From Verrucomicrobiales bacterium (lineage in GTDB: Bacteria; Verrucomicrobiota; Verrucomicrobiia; Verrucomicrobiales; V1-33), in NCBI GenBank assembly GCA_031411295.1, contig JANOAV010000077.1, forward strand, positions 1 through 64,000: DNA of 64,000 nucleotides, written 5' to 3'. The notes beneath the pieces were generated by a model. That model ran no database searches. It was not told where the DNA came from and saw only the letters and a program-made list of their open reading frames with translations. Numbering within the stretch: the stretch's first letter is position 1; each line of letters starts with the position of its first letter. A program made the translations under genes and the position numbers. Positions 1-8,113 of this stretch are shown piece by piece.

Positions 1-16
1 TGGTGTCCAGCCTTCC

Positions 17-26
17 ATGAGGAGTC
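17..26. repeat. Right-end sub-terminal inverted repeat of the IS
   Basis: ATGAGGAGTC is the exact reverse complement of 1667..1676. Confidence 0.85.
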
Positions 27-32
27 TGTCAA
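27..32 (-). promoter_or_regulatory. Outward-facing -35 box (TTGACA), half of a circle-junction promoter
   Basis: Minus-strand TTGACA abuts the right IR. In the predicted circle it lies 17 nt from TATATG contributed by the left end. Confidence 0.65.
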
Positions 33-40
33 ATATAAAT

Positions 41-63
41 CGGCGGTAACGCCGCTCTTTTTT
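41..63 (+). terminator. Hairpin with T-run near the IS right end
   Basis: CGGCG-GTAA-CGCCG followed by CTCTTTTTT on the + strand. Short stem. Confidence 0.35.
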
Positions 64-119
64 CTCGCCGCGTCGGGCGCTGTGTTGGGCTTGGGAGTTG
101 GGTTGGGTGGATCTCTCGG

Positions 120-300
120 GTCGGGATTATTCGGTTACGGATCATGCTTCCATTCGCAATCTGGGGCGCGCCCAGTATACATTATTTTATTCGGGCTCGG
201 AGTGGCGTCATCTTTAGGGCGTCGTCGAGGTTGCCCTCGCAGACAGCGGCTGGACCATGCTCACTCAAAGCGATTCGTTTGTCCGAAAATTCTTTTCCCT
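120..300 (-). ncRNA. Putative bridge RNA / seekRNA of the IS110 element (ends approximate)
   Basis: Target loop: GUCCAGCC (255..248) and CCUAAAG (218..212) around a CGAGG-GCAA-CCUCG hairpin, closed by GAGUG/CACUC. Donor loop: AUAAU (185..181) and AUGGAAG (153..147) around CUGGG-N5-CCCAG. The guides match the flanks and the predicted junction. Confidence 0.75.
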
Positions 301-429
301 TGGTTTCCTGGGTCTTTCTCTCGTGGGTGGTTGCTGGGGGATCTCGCAGGTAATTTTTCAAGTCTCTTAAAAGCAACGGGGGGTTTGGGGGGCTGCCCCC
401 CATAAACGTTAGGCTGTCTGGCAGGGTAA

Positions 430-1626
430 CTACGCGGCTTGCGCTTCCGTTGTGCTTTGTTCCATTGGTTGGGGTGGTGGTGTTGGCTCGGCGGGTTTCT
501 GGGCGCGCACGAGGGTGAGGTTACGGATGGGATCATAGGTTTGCCCGCTTTCCCACAGGCTCAGCAGCGTGATGCCTAGGCGGCGGGCCACGGCTACTAC
601 GGCTTGCTTCTTTCTGTTTTCTCGACCATTGGCGATCATTCTCTGGCCGAGGTCTTTGAGGTCGCTCTCGGGCGCTCTTTCTTTAAGGATGGTCTGCGCG
701 CAGCCTACGAGCAGCCGTCGGAGTAGCTTGTCCCCGGCTTTGGTTATCCCTAACTTTTTGTCCACTTCTCCGCTTTGGTCTTTTTTGGGAACCATGCCGA
801 GAAATGCTCCGAGGTCGCGATTGCGCTCAAATCGATGGGGATCATCAATGGTTAGCACAAAGCTAATCGCGGTGATTGGTCCGACGCCATAGACCTCGGT
901 TAAACGGGTGGCTTCGGGATAATGGATGATCAAGGCGTGGATTTTTTTATCCAGGGCTTTGATCTGTGTATTGAGGGTATCGAGCACTTTACACAGGGGT
1001 GTGACCAGTCGGAGCGGAGCACCTTTGAGATGGGCTCGGCAATTTTTTGCGATGGTCTCTACGCAGGAGCTTGGGGGCGGGTAACCAAGGGCTTTGAGGT
1101 GCCCGCGGATTGAGTTAGCAAGCGCCACACGTTCAGAGACCAGAGTGTCGCGCACCCTGACGTAGCAGATATCTTCCTGGGAGTTCATACTGCGATGGGT
1201 GATGGGGGAAAGCAGTTCGATGTCGACACGGCCTAGGCGTGCGAGGAGGTCAGCGTCTTTGCGATCAGTCTTCTTAGTGCCTGCGGAGATGAGTTTGACG
1301 TTGCGCGGATTGGCGACCACGACCTCCATCGCTGCATCGGCTAGGAAATGGGAGATCCAAGCACTCTGGGCACCGCACTCGATGATGACGCGAGCGCCTT
1401 TCCATTGGTCGCAGAATTCTGTCATGGCCTCGCGTTGATTAGCAAAGGTGCCGCGCTTTTCGATGACACCCTTGGCGTTGATGATACTGAAATGATGGGT
1501 CTTATCGCCCAGATCAATCCCGATGGTGTGAGCTGGAAGGGTGTCTGAGGGCTGGGGCACTGGCACCAGTTTGGGGGTGCGGATGGCGCTAGCTGTGGAT
1601 TTAGTTGGTTTGATTTTGGTTTTCAT
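430..1626 (-). CDS. IS110-family DEDD recombinase/transposase
   Basis: RuvC-like motifs IGIDLG, IIECG, KTDRKDA. Transposase_20-type C-domain with GVGPITA, FLGMVP..DQSG (catalytic Ser), ITKAGDKLLRRLL, AVVAVARRL. Confidence 0.95.
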   Translation of the reverse strand: MKTKIKPTKSTASAIRTPKLVPVPQPSDTLPAHTIGIDLGDKTHHFSIINAKGVIEKRGTFANQREAMTEFCDQWKGARVIIECGAQSAWISHFLADAAMEVVVANPRNVKLISAGTKKTDRKDADLLARLGRVDIELLSPITHRSMNSQEDICYVRVRDTLVSERVALANSIRGHLKALGYPPPSSCVETIAKNCRAHLKGAPLRLVTPLCKVLDTLNTQIKALDKKIHALIIHYPEATRLTEVYGVGPITAISFVLTIDDPHRFERNRDLGAFLGMVPKKDQSGEVDKKLGITKAGDKLLRRLLVGCAQTILKERAPESDLKDLGQRMIANGRENRKKQAVVAVARRLGITLLSLWESGQTYDPIRNLTLVRAQKPAEPTPPPQPMEQSTTEAQAA

Positions 1627-1666
1627 AGGAGTCTGGTTTCACATTGATTGGGGGCTTTTGGGAAGT

Positions 1667-1676
1667 GACTCCTCAT
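1667..1676. repeat. Left-end sub-terminal inverted repeat of the IS
   Basis: GACTCCTCAT is the exact reverse complement of 17..26. Confidence 0.85.
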
Positions 1677-1737
1677 ATAATCTTTAGGCGAAGCAACGCG
1701 AAAAGCGGTCCGGACCCAGGCCGTTCAGCCATGCCGA

Positions 1738-4239
1738 CTAGGCCGCATGGCGCTCCAATCCCAAGGCCACGGCTTGTTCCTGGGCAAACTTGGCGATGCT
1801 GCGAGCGGTCCGCCGATGGAGCAGTTCCAGCAGCGTCAGCCAGAGCAGAAAAGAGCCCAGCGCGATGAGCGCAGTCAGGGTGCTGGTGGAAAAAATCACT
1901 GCAGCCACGATCAAGATCAGCAGCAAATTCAGCAGCAAATTCGGCACCGTGGCTCTGGTGGCCAGGCGCAGACGGGTCAGAGTAGCGCCCTTGGTGTGGT
2001 ATTCGGTCACGGTCGTGAGGCGCACCGCCCAGAAGAAATTCGGCTGCATTTCCAAATCCCAATTCTTCCAGCCGTCATCGGTCTGATAGGCAATCTTCTG
2101 CGCAGCGAGGGCTTTCCCCAAGGCAGTCAGAAGTCCATCACGATCCTGTCCGCGGTCACTCCAGAAGCTGAGTTCCGCAATGCGTTTGGGAAAACCCAGA
2201 CGGGTGAAGCGACTGGGGCGGGGATTGAACATGGGACCACTGGGCGCTCCGCCGGAGCGCAACCCCCAGTAGAAGCGACTGCAATTCCGCAGGACAGGTT
2301 GGGCGACAAATAGCCCCCATAATAAGCCCCTCGCCTTCCAGCTATCGTAGCGCGCTGGCAGACGCACTTGATAAACTCGCCGCAGCGGGAGCAACAACGT
2401 TAGTGCCAGCATCCCCAACCCCGCCCATCCTAACACGGCACTCCAAGTGAAATTCACCAGCAAGGCCAGACTGATCACCATCCACGGGAAGCTGGAGGCC
2501 AGATGCAGGTAGTCTGAGAGGGGCGCGGCGTAAATAATCTGGAAGGGAGCATGGCCAAAGGTGCCGCTATAAATGCGACCACTCTGACGCGTCATTTGCA
2601 GCAGCGCGGATTGATAGACAATCCCCCGCCAGCGGGCTCCACCGAAATGCCCGAAGCGATGACTGTGCTGGCCTAACAAAAGTCCTTCGGCTTTGCCGTA
2701 GCCGATTTGCTGCTTCAAGTAAGCCTTGGTGGTGAACCGCCGATAGTGCCAGACCATGGCTCCAGGCTGGAAGCCAATCGTGAAACCACGTTCCATCAGC
2801 CGCCAGCAGAAATCCACATCATCCCCGGCGGCATGATATTTGGGCAGGAATCCGCCGACTTCGGTAAAGGCGGATTTCCGCACCGCCAGATTGCATCCTG
2901 GCAAATGTTCCGCGGTGGTATCCGTTAGTAAAACGTGAGCCGGACCGCCCGGGGCTGCGATGACGCAGGCTTGCGCCAACGTCTGCGGTGCCGGCGGAAT
3001 ATTGGGGCCACCGGCCGCAGCAATTTTGGGATCCCGAAAACTCAGCGCCAGATACGTTAGCCAATCCGGGTCCGCCACGCAATCGTCATCGGTGTAAACC
3101 AGGATGTCTCCGGCAGCATAACTGGCCGCGGTGTTGCGGGCCACACTGAGCCCGGCTGGTTCTTGGAAAAGATAGCGCGCTTGCGGGTGCCGCTGAATGA
3201 TCTCCCGGGTGTTATCGTTGGAACCATCATCCACCACGATGATCTCGAAGTTAGGATACGCCAACTGTTCCAGTGATGAGAGGCATTCCTCCAACGTGCG
3301 CGAACCATTGCGGGTGCAGACGAGCACGGACATGCTGGGCGTGTCCGGTAAACGCGGCGCCTGCAATGGCCCCGAAGCCTGCAGCGTTTGGTAGCTCGGT
3401 TTCGGAATTCCCGCGCGATCCACCACTCCGAAATCCCACCCCGTGACGGCTTCCCCGCCACGATGCCATTCGTCCGTGAAAGCAAAGACAAAATTTCCCG
3501 CCACGCCCGCCGTGGCGCAGACGTCGCGCTGCCATTGCAGGATTTCCGCCTGCTTGGCCAAGCCGTGCGAGAGGGTGTCCACGCCGAATTCGGTAATGAC
3601 CAACGGGCGATCTCCGGCCAGATTTTGCAGCCGGGCCAGGTAAGAGGTCAGGGCGGAGCGGTCTTCCAAATACAGATTATACGCCGCGAAATCAGCGTTC
3701 TCCGGCAACAGATATTCCGTGCTAGGGTAACTGGCATAAGCCACCAACGTCTCTGGTCCGGCTTGTTTCGTGGCGTCAATTAAGTCCTCCAGGAAACGCA
3801 GCACGCGCCTTGGTCCCAACCAGCGGACGAGGGTGGTGTTGATTTCATTTCCCACCAACAGCGCATCGATTTCAGGTCGGTTGGCAAGCCGCCGTGCTTC
3901 GGTGGCAAGGTTCTGCAGCACTTGGCGCTGAGCTTGGCGATTGCTCAGGAAATCCACATGATCCATCCAGGGCAGGGAGACCGTGACACGCAGTTGATAC
4001 TCAGCACAGAGATCCAGAAACCAGTCCGGTGGGGCATGGTAGAGGCGCAGCGCGTTGGCCCCCATGTTGCGCAGCAAGGCCAGGTCCCGCATGGTGTCCG
4101 CAGGCGCATGGAGCCCGCCATTCAGCTGCCCAGGTCCAAACGGGCCGTAAGTCAGTCCACTCAAATACACCTTGCGACCGCTGCGGGAAAAATATTTCCC
4201 CGCAACTTGAAGTCGCTCTGGTGAGGTAGATTCGGGCAT
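1738..4239 (-). CDS. Glycoside-hydrolase-like TIM barrel fused to GT2 glycosyltransferase with C-terminal membrane segments
   Basis: Clan GH-A-like motifs (GANALRLY, VGNE, ITEFG, FAFTDEW). GT2 motifs (SVLVCTRN, VVDDGS, YTDDD, GCNLAVRK, GDDVD). Start placed at ATG 4239 rather than TTG 4413. Confidence 0.85.
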   Translation of the reverse strand: MPESTSPERLQVAGKYFSRSGRKVYLSGLTYGPFGPGQLNGGLHAPADTMRDLALLRNMGANALRLYHAPPDWFLDLCAEYQLRVTVSLPWMDHVDFLSNRQAQRQVLQNLATEARRLANRPEIDALLVGNEINTTLVRWLGPRRVLRFLEDLIDATKQAGPETLVAYASYPSTEYLLPENADFAAYNLYLEDRSALTSYLARLQNLAGDRPLVITEFGVDTLSHGLAKQAEILQWQRDVCATAGVAGNFVFAFTDEWHRGGEAVTGWDFGVVDRAGIPKPSYQTLQASGPLQAPRLPDTPSMSVLVCTRNGSRTLEECLSSLEQLAYPNFEIIVVDDGSNDNTREIIQRHPQARYLFQEPAGLSVARNTAASYAAGDILVYTDDDCVADPDWLTYLALSFRDPKIAAAGGPNIPPAPQTLAQACVIAAPGGPAHVLLTDTTAEHLPGCNLAVRKSAFTEVGGFLPKYHAAGDDVDFCWRLMERGFTIGFQPGAMVWHYRRFTTKAYLKQQIGYGKAEGLLLGQHSHRFGHFGGARWRGIVYQSALLQMTRQSGRIYSGTFGHAPFQIIYAAPLSDYLHLASSFPWMVISLALLVNFTWSAVLGWAGLGMLALTLLLPLRRVYQVRLPARYDSWKARGLLWGLFVAQPVLRNCSRFYWGLRSGGAPSGPMFNPRPSRFTRLGFPKRIAELSFWSDRGQDRDGLLTALGKALAAQKIAYQTDDGWKNWDLEMQPNFFWAVRLTTVTEYHTKGATLTRLRLATRATVPNLLLNLLLILIVAAVIFSTSTLTALIALGSFLLWLTLLELLHRRTARSIAKFAQEQAVALGLERHAA

Positions 4240-4333
4240 GAGTAAATTGTAAAAACGGCAGGCAGCGCCTGAGTAAATTAGGACGAAAGGAAGACCGCCC
4301 TTATTCACGGCGGATTGTGTGCCAATGCCAGCA

Positions 4334-4375
4334 GAAAATGAAAATCGGCCGGACGAGCGTAAACTCGTCCGGCCG
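4334..4375 (-). terminator. Intrinsic terminator-like hairpin in a divergent intergenic region
   Basis: Perfect 12-bp stem CGGCCGGACGAG (4346..4357) / CTCGTCCGGCCG (4364..4375), followed on the minus strand by ATTTTCATTTTC. Confidence 0.55.
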
Positions 4376-4488
4376 TCGCCCACTGGTTCAACTTCAGGGT
4401 GGCGATTTGGCAATCCCCAGCTGGGCTGGATTTAGCGCGGCTCGGAAACCTCCTTGCGACCCACGTCTCGCCTGCTTAGCAATACCGT

Positions 4489-5226
4489 ATGGCCGGACAT
4501 CGCTTTTTTCTTTCCCCGCAGCAATGGACTGCGGATCCCCTAACGCTCGACGCAGAGGAATCTCACCACTGCGCGGATGTGGTGCGATTGGGCGTGGGGG
4601 ACGCGGTAACCGTCTTCGATGGAAAAGGGCGGGAAGCTCTGGCTACGATTACGCTGGCTCATCGTAAGGGTGTCGTGCTGACCATCACTAGCATGGTGCA
4701 GTTCGCTCCGCGCAGTGCTCACGTGGCACTGGCGCAGGCGATTCCGAAGGGCAAGAACATGGAGTTAATCATCGAGAAGGCCGTGGAACTGGGAGCCAGC
4801 GACATTTTCCCGCTCATCACGGATCGGACCGTAGTGCGGTTGGACGAGATCGAGGCTAGAAAGAAGCAGGAGAAATGGCAACGCATCGCCTTGGAGGCCT
4901 GCAAGCAAAGTGGCCAAAGTTGGCTTCCGCAGGTTCACGTGCCGCAGAGTTTGGCAAAATTTCTGGCACTGCAAAGCCCCTTCGACCTGCAACTGATAGC
5001 CGCGCTGCACCCCAGTGCGCAGAAGCTGCAAACCATCCTGAGCAACCAGGTGCAACCGCTGCGCGCCTGCGTCCTGGTGGGACCGGAGGGAGATTTTTCA
5101 CCCACCGAGCTAACCCAAGCCGTAACCGCAGGCTATCAGCCATGGACCCTGGGCCCCAGCATCCTCCGCGCAGAAACCGCTGCTCTGTTTTGCCTCAGCG
5201 TGCTGGGGTATGAATTGTTGGACTGA
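4489..5226 (+). CDS. rsmE: 16S rRNA (uracil-1498-N3)-methyltransferase
   Basis: HH..VVRL..GD, MELIIEKAVELG, EACKQSG, VGPEGDFS, LGPSILRAETA motifs. Confidence 0.95.
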   Translation: MAGHRFFLSPQQWTADPLTLDAEESHHCADVVRLGVGDAVTVFDGKGREALATITLAHRKGVVLTITSMVQFAPRSAHVALAQAIPKGKNMELIIEKAVELGASDIFPLITDRTVVRLDEIEARKKQEKWQRIALEACKQSGQSWLPQVHVPQSLAKFLALQSPFDLQLIAALHPSAQKLQTILSNQVQPLRACVLVGPEGDFSPTELTQAVTAGYQPWTLGPSILRAETAALFCLSVLGYELLD

Positions 5227-5266
5227 TTCTGCGGCATAACCAGAGGAATCCCTGCGGGGAATCGAA

Positions 5267-5303
5267 AAACCGCCCGACAGCGATGGCGGCTGCCGGGCGG
5301 TTT
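5267..5303. terminator. Bidirectional terminator between convergent genes
   Basis: AAACCGCCCG...CGGGCGGTTT stem between rsmE and 5331..6089. Confidence 0.6.
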
Positions 5304-5330
5304 CGCATTTTCTCACACTACCAAAAAATC

Positions 5331-6089
5331 TTATTTTGCTTCCACTTTGAAGAATGCCCGCGTGGCGGTCGATTTCTCCGTGTAGTCGAAACTGTATGGC
5401 TCAGTTCCCGCGCTGGAGGGCACCGTTTGCTCAGCGGTCCAAGTTTGCAGATCCTCTGAACGATAAATCGTGTAAGACACCGCAGGGTTCAGGGTTAGGC
5501 TCAAGCGAGCAGGACTGGTGGCTGTGGGTGGGCTGAGCTGGGGCTTGGTGGCTCCGGCTATGGCCTTGCCATCGCTGATGCCGTCATCATTGCTGAAGGC
5601 GGAGTCCAGGCTCAGACCGAGGTTGAACTCAGTTAGATCCTGCAAGCCATCGCCATCAGTGTCGGCAGCTTCAGGGTTGCCATTGGCGGCCAGTTCATCG
5701 CCATCAGAGAGGCCATCAGCATCCGTGTCCGGATCACTGGCATCAATGCCGCGTTCCAGCACTTCCTCACCATCAGTCAGTCCGTCGCCATCTGAGTCCA
5801 TGTTGTTGGGATCCGTTCCTGCGCTGATTTCCAGGGCATCGGGGAGGCCGTCGTCATCGGAATCCTCATCCAGGGGATTAGTGTTATAGAGGTTGATTTC
5901 CTCGCTGTCGGTCAGACCGTCATCGTCACTGTCCATGCGGTTGATGTCAGTTCCAAGTTCCGTTTCCTGCACATCGGAGAGGCCATCGCCATCACTGTCC
6001 AGCACTGCATCGGGATCTGGCTCTTCAGCTTGCAGGAACGAGGTGGCGCAGAGCAGCAGCGCCAGGTGGGTTAGTTTGCGGAGTTTCAT
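5331..6089 (-). CDS. Secreted protein with DxDxDG Ca-binding (bacterial TSP3-like) repeats
   Basis: Signal peptide. About 7 repeats of D(S/T)DxDGL(S/T/P)DxxE. C-terminal YxxxxSxDLxxW...FFKV domain. Confidence 0.8.
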   Translation of the reverse strand: MKLRKLTHLALLLCATSFLQAEEPDPDAVLDSDGDGLSDVQETELGTDINRMDSDDDGLTDSEEINLYNTNPLDEDSDDDGLPDALEISAGTDPNNMDSDGDGLTDGEEVLERGIDASDPDTDADGLSDGDELAANGNPEAADTDGDGLQDLTEFNLGLSLDSAFSNDDGISDGKAIAGATKPQLSPPTATSPARLSLTLNPAVSYTIYRSEDLQTWTAEQTVPSSAGTEPYSFDYTEKSTATRAFFKVEAK

Positions 6090-6132
6090 GAGATTACTCG
6101 TGGGTTAAATTTTACGGAATTCATGGGGCGAA

Positions 6133-7848
6133 TTAAGGAGCAAAGAAGATGCCCTCGAAGTTGCTGATCCCTGCGGTGGTCTGCTGGCGGAAGAGAATCC
6201 GCGCAGCGATATTTCCGAGGCCATTGATGGCTTGGCCGCGGCTGAAGACGCCTTGGTCAGGCTTGGCGAGATCGAAGCCGGTGATGAATCCACTGCCAGT
6301 TAGGGTGGTGATGATCAAGCTGGTCTGGGAGCGCACCACGGGTGCAGGGGTTGCGGCTAAGGCGGTGCAGAGCACTTGCTTAGCACCGACGGGGAAGGCT
6401 GCCACATTTGCAATAAAGGCCACCTCGCCCCGGATACTAACATTGAACCAGGGTTGCAGTGTGGTGATGCGTTGGGTTCCGCCAACGACCCCAGTAACAA
6501 AGGTGCCGACCGGGGTGTCATCCGTTGCGATAAGGATGGGAGCACTAAATGGGCCAGCCACAGGAACTTTGACAACGTAAATGGCACGCTTGCCATTGAG
6601 TAAATTGGTTCCGAAGAAGACCCAGTGATCTCCGGCGCCAGTCATGTCTGTGACGGTCTGCATTTCGTAGAACGTGTTGAAGGTGGAGGTGGTGCCGGGA
6701 GCTGCCACGCCTTGGGTGATAATGCACTCAGGGACGTTAGCACCGAGCAGGCGTTGGATCCAGAGGCTGGGAGCCGTGACCGTGACGGAACTGGAGTTAA
6801 TCATGGAACTCATTTGCCAAGCGGCTAGGGACGGCGTGCCCGCGCGGTCTGACATACAGACCAGTTTGGGAGCATAGACACCCAGTTTTCCCAGCGGATA
6901 GTAAAGGTCCCCAAATGGCACCAGATCGTCCCTGCGATTTAGAATCACTTCCCCGCCACCAGCTAAGCTCATGCGCAGGTGCTGGCGCTTGATGGTGGGA
7001 AGCTTCTGATCCCAAGCATAGAAGAGCACATGGCCACGTTCACTAATGGCCGGACTGCCGATTGGCGAAGGCGTGGCTAGAAAATTGCCAACGCCACCAA
7101 TCGCAGCCATCGCCCCTACGGCGGAGGACGAGCCGGTAAAGGAAGCCAGACTGGCTGTGAATGGCGTGCACGGAGGCAGCATAAAGCCCGTAGGATAGGT
7201 CAGGCGCATGATGCCTGACTTGATGGGCGTGGAAACTGGGTTCCGCGCAAACCAGTTTGCGACATTCGGCCCCCAGAGGTCAACCACTGGCGGTCCCAGG
7301 TCCAGGAAAGGCGCGGTGGCCCCACTCTGGCCCATGATTTGCAGGCAGCAGTTGTCATGCAGATTGGCTTTGCCGCCGGTGCTGACGTTTGATTGAAAAA
7401 CAGTGTCTCCACGGAGCGTCATTTGCAGATTGTTGATGATCAGGCTGCCAGCGTTGCCGTAGGTGATGCCACTGGAAGCGGTGCCCGTGGGATTTCCTTC
7501 CTGGAGGATCAACGTTGGGTTAAGCGAGAATGTGCCAGTCTGCGAATACTCTGGTCCATTGCCCCAGACGCCCTCATCGTTGGCTGCCGTGATGGTTACA
7601 CCAGTGGCAGCTAATCCAAGCCGGAGCCGCGCCTTGTAAGCCAGCAATTTGCCGTCATACTGCGGCATGATGGGGGGATCAAAGCTCAGATAACGTGTTA
7701 GCGGAACTGGAGCAGGATGGGATGTCAGTGCGGGGGTGAACGCATTGTCCACCACAGGAATCCATGGAATCGGAACGGCGGAAGCATGATTGGCGGCAGC
7801 CAGAGAGGAGGCCAGAAGGAAGAGGCGGGAGGTAAGTGATGGTTTCAT
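6133..7848 (-). CDS. Secreted beta-rich hypothetical protein with NxxGxxAF-like repeats
   Basis: Signal peptide from ATG 7848. Degenerate repeats ISERGHVLFYA, VSIRGEVAFIA, INGLGNIAARI. Confidence 0.6.
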   Translation of the reverse strand: MKPSLTSRLFLLASSLAAANHASAVPIPWIPVVDNAFTPALTSHPAPVPLTRYLSFDPPIMPQYDGKLLAYKARLRLGLAATGVTITAANDEGVWGNGPEYSQTGTFSLNPTLILQEGNPTGTASSGITYGNAGSLIINNLQMTLRGDTVFQSNVSTGGKANLHDNCCLQIMGQSGATAPFLDLGPPVVDLWGPNVANWFARNPVSTPIKSGIMRLTYPTGFMLPPCTPFTASLASFTGSSSAVGAMAAIGGVGNFLATPSPIGSPAISERGHVLFYAWDQKLPTIKRQHLRMSLAGGGEVILNRRDDLVPFGDLYYPLGKLGVYAPKLVCMSDRAGTPSLAAWQMSSMINSSSVTVTAPSLWIQRLLGANVPECIITQGVAAPGTTSTFNTFYEMQTVTDMTGAGDHWVFFGTNLLNGKRAIYVVKVPVAGPFSAPILIATDDTPVGTFVTGVVGGTQRITTLQPWFNVSIRGEVAFIANVAAFPVGAKQVLCTALAATPAPVVRSQTSLIITTLTGSGFITGFDLAKPDQGVFSRGQAINGLGNIAARILFRQQTTAGISNFEGIFFAP

Positions 7849-8113
7849 AAGTGGCAGTTGGGATAAACTCGGCGTGAACCGAATCAGGTTAGTGAAAGCT
7901 GACTTCCAAACTGCCGCTGCACTCACAGCGGTGGATTTACGAAGTCGTCACCCATCAATCGCAAAGCAGCCGGGCCATTTGCAGAATCGTTGAAAATAAA
8001 ATTTGTTCCGCCATCGCTTGGACGATTGGCCCGCCGCAGCCACGCAGGACCTGAGAGCCGATCCCTTGGCAAAAGAACTTGCCACGGTGTTTGTGAAATG
8101 TAGGATAGAACCC

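Larger units (their letters stand above)
12..1684 (-). mobile_element. IS110-family insertion sequence, IS1111 subgroup, apparently complete
   Basis: IS110 transposase at 430..1626. Perfect 10-bp sub-terminal inverted repeats ATGAGGAGTC (17..26) / GACTCCTCAT (1667..1676). Core CTT is repeated at 12..14 and 1682..1684. Long non-coding end downstream of the transposase and short upstream end, as in IS1111-type elements. Confidence 0.9.

Noticed and set aside
82..536. Short ORFs in the IS non-coding end
   Set aside because: Low-complexity translations. The region is better explained as structured RNA.
4376..4410. Minus-strand TTGAACCAGTGGG resembling part of 6S RNA
   Set aside because: No long closing stem with central bubble could be built. 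Kept only as a generic sRNA candidate.
5570..6000. Periodic repeats that might be a CRISPR or DNA repeat array
   Set aside because: Repeats are degenerate at the DNA level and in frame as DxDxDG protein repeats. No cas genes.
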